From: a virus
Lineage: Duplodnaviria > Caudoviricetes
Strand: one strand, 5' to 3'
Virus record (IMG/VR): IMGVR_UViG_3300046744_000104
Location: 1 to 31,551 of that record
Length of the DNA stretch: 31,551 bases
Shown one piece after another: positions 25,473-31,551 of this stretch (its first letter is position 1; each line of letters opens with the position of its first letter). The notes beneath the pieces are model-generated. The model saw only the letters and a list, made by a program, of their open reading frames with translations, was not told the DNA's origin and ran no database searches. The position numbers and the translations under genes are program-made.

Positions 25473-28400
25473 TTCAAATTACTCTGGTAATGTGGATATA
25501 AATATTGATCCCGAGTATGCTGATTATTTAGCAGACGAAGCGGAACAAGCACAAGACGAGTACGAAAGAGACAGAGATTTTAGAGAAAAGTCTCAGTCTA
25601 CGTTACAGAAAGAGGATGTAGTTTCTAAGGAAGTACAAGATGATCCTCGTAATTCTGATAACTGGGGTGCTAAGGCACTCATAAAAGAAGGACAGTCGAT
25701 ATTATCAGGTGGTATTCAAGACACAGCATCTTCTCTTGCCACTTTTCCAGAACGTACACTTGATGCGTTGTCTGGTGAAATGCAAAGAGAAAGACAAGAA
25801 ACTGGTACATACAGACCAGAGTGGAGTCCATTTGGAGCATATGACAATCCAATAGAAACAAAAACATGGTGGGGTAAACAGTTACGTGGCTTAGTCCACT
25901 TTGGTACACTTGCAGTTGGTACAGTTGCGGCAGCTAAGGCTGCTGTAGCTACTGGTGCAGTGTCGATACCAGCTGGTATACTTGCACTATCAAAAGGTAA
26001 CATTGTTAGAGGTGCAGCTGTAGGAGCTGTGTCTGACCTTATATCAAAAGAGTCAGATGAACAGAACGCTTTAGGTGCACTACGTGACAGGTATGGCTGG
26101 ATAGATACACCAATATCTACTAAAGATACTGACCATCCAGTTATAATGAAACTAAAAAATATCGTCGAAGGCATGGGCATAGGTCTAGTTTTTGACGGAC
26201 TTGCTTACTCACTTGGAAAAGGCGGTAAGAAAAGTGTTGAACAAATAACTAAACGTAATAAAAGTTTAGAAAAGCAAACAGTAGAGGCTGGCGTAGCACA
26301 AATACGTAAGGGTGAAACAGAGTTTAGAGCAGATAAAAATGCACCTATATCTCAACCACACCAAGGAGCACACATATCAGAAGTAGATCCGCAGACTGCA
26401 AGAGATCAGCTATCTGCTACACGTAAAAACTGGGGATCAGAAGAAGGATCTACGGGTTCTGTAACAACACCTGTTGAACGTGAGCGTATAGCTATGGAAG
26501 GTGGCACGGATGATGCTACAGTAGAACGTATTTTGCGAGGTTTATTAAGCACTGAAAAGTTTGCTAAAGAACTAGAGGCAGCAAAAGGTAGCAGAACAGC
26601 TTTAGTAGCAAAGTATAAAGAAGCTATAGAAGGTCATCAACGTATAACACAAGGCAGAAATCCTGTTGAGATGTCACCACAGGAGTACTTAAAAGAACTA
26701 CTAGAAGCTCAACCTGATGTAATTGATGGCGTAGAAATATGGACATCTAAAAACGTAGTAATTGCTGACCTTGTAGTAGGTACATTACTTAAGCAAGTTC
26801 GTGATTTAGGTACAGCTGGTAGAGAAATAGCAGATCTTGTTGACATACAAGACATAGATGGACCAACAAAACAGCTAGTAGACACTATGCTAACTGCATT
26901 GTACGAAACTAAAAAAGCTAGATTTGTAAAGTCTGACTCATTTAGAGAATTAGGTTTAGGTAAAAAAAGTAAAAAGACTGTAGAAGAAGCAACACAGGCG
27001 TCATTAACAGATGCTAGAGATTCTATTATGTCTATACTTAAAATTGCTGGTGATGACAAAGATGATAATTTACTTAACGCTTTGTATGAAGCATTTTCTA
27101 TGATAGATAGTGTTAATACATTAGATGACTTTGACAACTGGGCAAGAAAGACTATACTGGGTGGACAGCTAGAAGCTACAAGTCCTAACAGAACAGGTGC
27201 TATGATACGTGAGCTGGAAGGTGTAATGACACACAGTATTCTATCTGGTCCTAAAACACCAATTCGAGCTATTATGGGTACATCTACTGCAACAGTATTA
27301 AGACCTTTAGCTACAGCACTAGGGTCAGTTTTAAGGCTACCATTTGATGGCAACGTAGCTGACGTTAGAGCAAGTCTAGCATCAGTAAACGGTATGGTTG
27401 AATCTATACCAGAATCATTTACTATATTTAGAAGCAAGCTTAACTCATACTGGAAAGGTGATATAAGATCTATCAAGACACGTTATGCAGAGTTTACACA
27501 GGCAGATGATAACTGGGAAATACTACGCCGTTGGGCAGAAGATAGTGGCCGAGCTACTGAAGGAGAGCAAGCAGCTTTTCGTGTAGCTAACATGGCACGT
27601 CAGATGAACAACAGTAACTTGTTGACGTATTCTACTAAGATTATGGCAGCAACTGACGATGCGTTTGGTTATATACTTGGACGTGCTAAAATGCGTGAAA
27701 AAGCTATGCGTAAAGTTCTTGAGTTACAAGATAATGGTTATAAAACACCTAAAATTACACCTGAGCTAATGAGAGCATATGAAGATGATTTTTATGCACA
27801 GGTATTTGATGCTAATGGTAACATTATAGATGAAGCTACAAAGTTTGGCCGTAAAGAAGTAACACTAACACAGGATCTTACAGGCTTTGCAAAAGGTTTA
27901 AACGACGTATTTAGTGCTACACCTTTAGCTAAACCATTCTTTCTGTTTGCTAGAACTGGTGTAAACGGACTTGCACTAACAGGTAAGTATACCCCCGGTT
28001 TTAACTTTCTTGTAAAAGAGTTTAATGATATCGCATTTGCGAATCCTAACGATTTAGCCAGTGTAAACAAGTATGGTATATTTACTCCAGAAGAGCTAGC
28101 TAACGCACGAGCTTTACAAACAGGCCGATTGGCAATAGGCTCTGCGGTTACATTTATGGCTACACAGGCATGGATGCGTGGTGATCTTAATGGTAATGGA
28201 CCTGTAGACAGACAGAAAAGACAGCTATGGCTTGACGGTAAGTGGGAGCCTAGAACATTTAAAGTAGGTGCAGTTCGTGTTGGTTACGACCAGTTTGAAC
28301 CATTTAACCTTATTATGTCTACAATAGCTGACGTAGGTGATGCAAGTCAACTTATGGGTGAAGAATGGACAGAAAACGAACTAGGTAAAATATCTCTTGT

Positions 28401-29172
28401 TATAGCTCAGGCTGTTACAAGTAAATCATATCTAGCTGGTATACAGTCCTTTGTTGACTTATTTGCTGGTAGACCCGGGCAAGGAGGTCGTATTGTGTCT
28501 GGTTTAATTAACAACACAGTACCGCTAGCTGGTATTCGTAACGACTTAGGTAAACTATTTACCCCTTACATGCGTGAAATAAACTCAGGTGTGTTTCAGT
28601 CAATACGTAATAGAAACTTAATTACAGAAAATCTTGCTGAAAAGCAATTACCTCTTAAGTATGATATGCTAAACGGTAAACCCTTAAAAGATTGGGATTT
28701 TCTGACTCGTGCATTTAATGCAGTAAGCCCTGTTACTCTTAATTTAGAACAGAGTGACGGTAGAAACTTCTTATTTGACAGCGGTTATGATTTACGTACA
28801 TCTACATACTTTGCACCAGATAGCACAAACTTAACTGACCATCCTTATATTAGATCAGAGTTTCAACGAGCACTGGGTTCTCTTAACTTAGAACTAGAAC
28901 TAGATAAGTTTGCTAAAGATCCTAAAATGATAGCATCTATGGAAAAAATGTATGAAGACATACGTGCAGGCAAGCGTGCACAGTTTAACGCTAGAGACTA
29001 TTATCATAATAGAATTATAGATCAACTATTTAAACGTGCTAAAAAAAAAGCATGGGCATCAATTAAGGATGATCCTAATATATCAAGAGTTATTGAAAAA
29101 CAACGTTTAGCAAAAATAGAGCAAATAAACAAACGAATAGACTCCGCAAACATCCTCAACATTTATAAATAA
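25465..29172 (+). CDS. Internal virion protein (gp16-like)
   Basis: 1235-aa ORF before the tail fibre; [16 protein letters not shown] and KSYLAGI motifs. Confidence 0.8.
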   Translation: MTDSNYSGNVDINIDPEYADYLADEAEQAQDEYERDRDFREKSQSTLQKEDVVSKEVQDDPRNSDNWGAKALIKEGQSILSGGIQDTASSLATFPERTLDALSGEMQRERQETGTYRPEWSPFGAYDNPIETKTWWGKQLRGLVHFGTLAVGTVAAAKAAVATGAVSIPAGILALSKGNIVRGAAVGAVSDLISKESDEQNALGALRDRYGWIDTPISTKDTDHPVIMKLKNIVEGMGIGLVFDGLAYSLGKGGKKSVEQITKRNKSLEKQTVEAGVAQIRKGETEFRADKNAPISQPHQGAHISEVDPQTARDQLSATRKNWGSEEGSTGSVTTPVERERIAMEGGTDDATVERILRGLLSTEKFAKELEAAKGSRTALVAKYKEAIEGHQRITQGRNPVEMSPQEYLKELLEAQPDVIDGVEIWTSKNVVIADLVVGTLLKQVRDLGTAGREIADLVDIQDIDGPTKQLVDTMLTALYETKKARFVKSDSFRELGLGKKSKKTVEEATQASLTDARDSIMSILKIAGDDKDDNLLNALYEAFSMIDSVNTLDDFDNWARKTILGGQLEATSPNRTGAMIRELEGVMTHSILSGPKTPIRAIMGTSTATVLRPLATALGSVLRLPFDGNVADVRASLASVNGMVESIPESFTIFRSKLNSYWKGDIRSIKTRYAEFTQADDNWEILRRWAEDSGRATEGEQAAFRVANMARQMNNSNLLTYSTKIMAATDDAFGYILGRAKMREKAMRKVLELQDNGYKTPKITPELMRAYEDDFYAQVFDANGNIIDEATKFGRKEVTLTQDLTGFAKGLNDVFSATPLAKPFFLFARTGVNGLALTGKYTPGFNFLVKEFNDIAFANPNDLASVNKYGIFTPEELANARALQTGRLAIGSAVTFMATQAWMRGDLNGNGPVDRQKRQLWLDGKWEPRTFKVGAVRVGYDQFEPFNLIMSTIADVGDASQLMGEEWTENELGKISLVIAQAVTSKSYLAGIQSFVDLFAGRPGQGGRIVSGLINNTVPLAGIRNDLGKLFTPYMREINSGVFQSIRNRNLITENLAEKQLPLKYDMLNGKPLKDWDFLTRAFNAVSPVTLNLEQSDGRNFLFDSGYDLRTSTYFAPDSTNLTDHPYIRSEFQRALGSLNLELELDKFAKDPKMIASMEKMYEDIRAGKRAQFNARDYYHNRIIDQLFKRAKKKAWASIKDDPNISRVIEKQRLAKIEQINKRIDSANILNIYK

Positions 29173-31551
29173 TGGCAACAACATTCGTAGATTACACTGG
29201 GGATGGAAATGCGACAAAAGCGTTTTCTTTCCCTTCTTATAAAGTAGAAGATATTAAAGTTGATGTAGATGGCGTTATTAAGACGATCAGTACACACTAT
29301 AATATAAACAGCTACACAACAACAGGTGGTGGTAATGTTGTCTTTACATCAGGCAACATACCAGCAAGCCCAGCTGCAATACGTATCTTTCGTGATACAG
29401 ACGTAGACACTGCTAAGGCAACCTACACAGCAGGGTCATCAGTTAAAGCAGGTGATCTTAACAACAACCAAACGCAGTTATTATATGCTGCACAAGAAGA
29501 ACAGAATCAAACAATATTAGCATCTGACATAAAAGATGGTGCTATAACAAGTGCTAAAATAACAGACGGTACAATAGTTAATGCTGATGTAAATGCGTCA
29601 GCTGCGATAGCTGGTACTAAAATCTCACCTGATTTTGGTAGTCAGAATATAGCAACAACTGGAACTGTAGATGGTAGAGACGTTTCTGTTGATGGTACAA
29701 AATTAGATGGCATAGAAACATCAGCTACAGCAGACCAGACTAATGCAGAAATAAAAACTGCCTACGAAGCAAACAGTAATACAAACGCATATACTGATAC
29801 CGAAAAAACTTTTGTTAATGCAATAACTTCTACAGCTACAGAGTTAAATGTTTTAGATGGAATAACAGCTACAACAGCAGAATTAAATCAAGCTGCTGGT
29901 ATTACATCTGGAATACAGTCACAGATAGATGGTAAACAACCATTAGATGCTGAACTAACAGAACTAGCTACAATGGGTAGTGGAACTGCTGGAGCTTTAG
30001 CTGATCTAAACACAGCAGAAGTACAAACTCTGGATGGTCTAACATCATCTACAGCAGAACTAAACTTACTGGATGGTAAAAGCATAGTTACAACTATTGG
30101 TGGAAGTGCAACAGATGTACAACTACCTTCAGCTCAAGCTGTTAACGAAAGAATAGTAGAGTTAGTAACTGAAGTAGGTGGTTTTGCACCAATAGCAAAC
30201 GAAACAAGTTTCCCTGCAACTAACCCAGACATCAACGATGGTGCTGGAACTATAGTTAGTATTAAAGCTTTAGCTAGTAATCTTACTGCTAGTGGCAGTG
30301 GAGTAGCTACGATAGCAAACGGTGCTGGATCTGGAAATACAGTAACAATAAATGGTTTGACAGCTGGATCAACAATAGCAGCTGGATTAGGTGTGTTAGT
30401 AGAAACAACAACTACCTTACACACATATACATTCCATAGACAAGTCGTAGACTCAGCTGGTGTTAGTAATGCACAAACACTTGTAAGTGATTTTAACGAC
30501 AGGTATCAAGTTAGTGGAAGTGCTCCTAGTACTCATCCAGACGGTTCAGCACTAGGTGACGGAGACCTATGGTTTGATACAAATGCTAACGTAATGAAAG
30601 TATATGACTTAGGTAACACACAGTATAATACTGTTGCCTCAGTTGGAGACTTTAAATTACTTACAGTTGTACCTGATGGAGCTACATCTGGTAGTCCTAC
30701 ATTTAATGGTAGTATTGTTTCTTACGATTTAAGAGATGACACTAATGCAGCATCTATAACTAACGTAGGTCAACTATTTGTTAGTCTTAACGGTGTAATA
30801 CAGAAACCAAATGCTGGTTCATATAATGCAAGTAATGAAGGATTTTATCTAGAAGGAACAAACGGAATTAAATTCTGTACAGCTCCAGCTAGTGGATCTA
30901 GTATATATGTAACACAGATTGGTGCTGCTACAGGTATTGGTACACCTAGTGATAACACAGTAACAGAAGCTAAATTAACATCTGATTCTGTAAGTGAAGC
31001 TAAGTTAAAGGTAAGTAATAGTCCAGTTAATGGATACTTCTTATCAGCACAATCTGGTAATACAGGTGGCTTAACTTGGGCAGTAGTTAATACTGATTTA
31101 TCAAATGACTCATCTCCACAACTAGGTGGTGATTTAGACGTACAAGCTAGTAAAGTTACTACGTCAACAACTAACGGAAATGTTAAACTAGAACCAAACG
31201 GCACAGGTGTTGTAGAAATACGTGGTGCTGGAGGTGCTGATGGTACATTACAACTTAACTGTTCTGCACAGAGTCATGGTGTAAAAATTAAGTCACCAGC
31301 ACATAGTGCAGGGGCTACATATACACTTACACTTCCTGTTAATATACAGAACGCTTATTTATTAACAACTGACGCAAACGGTCAAACATCATGGACTAAC
31401 TCAGTACCATCATCTTATTTGACTGGTGCACTCCCTGCTATAGATGGGTCGAATCTAACAGGTTTACAAGCTGGTGCGACTGGAGGTAACTCTGGAGGTA
31501 ACGCAGTATTCTGGGAAAACCAGCAAACTGTTACACATGATTATTCAATAT
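29172..31551 (+). CDS. gp17: Tail fibre protein (gp17-like), partial: runs off the window end
   Basis: TAATG-coupled ATG 29172; [21 protein letters not shown]...RIFRDTD...GSSVKAGDLNNNQTQLLY is a T7 fibre N-terminal domain; same frame reads AVFWENQQTVTHDYSI at the window end, and no stop-terminated + ORF is listed here. Confidence 0.9.
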   Translation, partial: MATTFVDYTGDGNATKAFSFPSYKVEDIKVDVDGVIKTISTHYNINSYTTTGGGNVVFTSGNIPASPAAIRIFRDTDVDTAKATYTAGSSVKAGDLNNNQTQLLYAAQEEQNQTILASDIKDGAITSAKITDGTIVNADVNASAAIAGTKISPDFGSQNIATTGTVDGRDVSVDGTKLDGIETSATADQTNAEIKTAYEANSNTNAYTDTEKTFVNAITSTATELNVLDGITATTAELNQAAGITSGIQSQIDGKQPLDAELTELATMGSGTAGALADLNTAEVQTLDGLTSSTAELNLLDGKSIVTTIGGSATDVQLPSAQAVNERIVELVTEVGGFAPIANETSFPATNPDINDGAGTIVSIKALASNLTASGSGVATIANGAGSGNTVTINGLTAGSTIAAGLGVLVETTTTLHTYTFHRQVVDSAGVSNAQTLVSDFNDRYQVSGSAPSTHPDGSALGDGDLWFDTNANVMKVYDLGNTQYNTVASVGDFKLLTVVPDGATSGSPTFNGSIVSYDLRDDTNAASITNVGQLFVSLNGVIQKPNAGSYNASNEGFYLEGTNGIKFCTAPASGSSIYVTQIGAATGIGTPSDNTVTEAKLTSDSVSEAKLKVSNSPVNGYFLSAQSGNTGGLTWAVVNTDLSNDSSPQLGGDLDVQASKVTTSTTNGNVKLEPNGTGVVEIRGAGGADGTLQLNCSAQSHGVKIKSPAHSAGATYTLTLPVNIQNAYLLTTDANGQTSWTNSVPSSYLTGALPAIDGSNLTGLQAGATGGNSGGNAVFWENQQTVTHDYSI

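Noticed and set aside
26709-27476. 255-aa minus-strand ORF
   Set aside because: Antisense shadow of gp16 with no recognisable motif; all supported genes are on the + strand

Overview
About 31.5 kb of a T7-like marine cyanopodovirus genome (Autographiviridae, resembling the psbA/hli-carrying Prochlorococcus phage P-SSP7 group). All supported genes are on the + strand. The order is: small early genes; single-subunit RNA polymerase; SSB; endonuclease I; primase/helicase; a DNA polymerase split into separate exonuclease and polymerase ORFs; 5'-3' exonuclease overlapped by an nblA-like gene; minimal class I ribonucleotide reductase alpha and beta; portal; scaffold; an accessory island; major capsid with terminator; tail tube A/B; internal virion proteins; and a tail fibre running off the window end. 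The island between scaffold and capsid is the most unusual part. It holds six tandem basic micro-ORFs (two share a 43-nt repeat encoding YDYFxxDNxGPV*), hli, psbA with an unusual F211A substitution, a Downstream-peptide (glutamine-II) riboswitch with its YRG peptide, and a structured capsid leader. By manual scan, CCWGG and CGCG are absent and GCGC is nearly absent. Family assignments come from motif recognition, not database searches.
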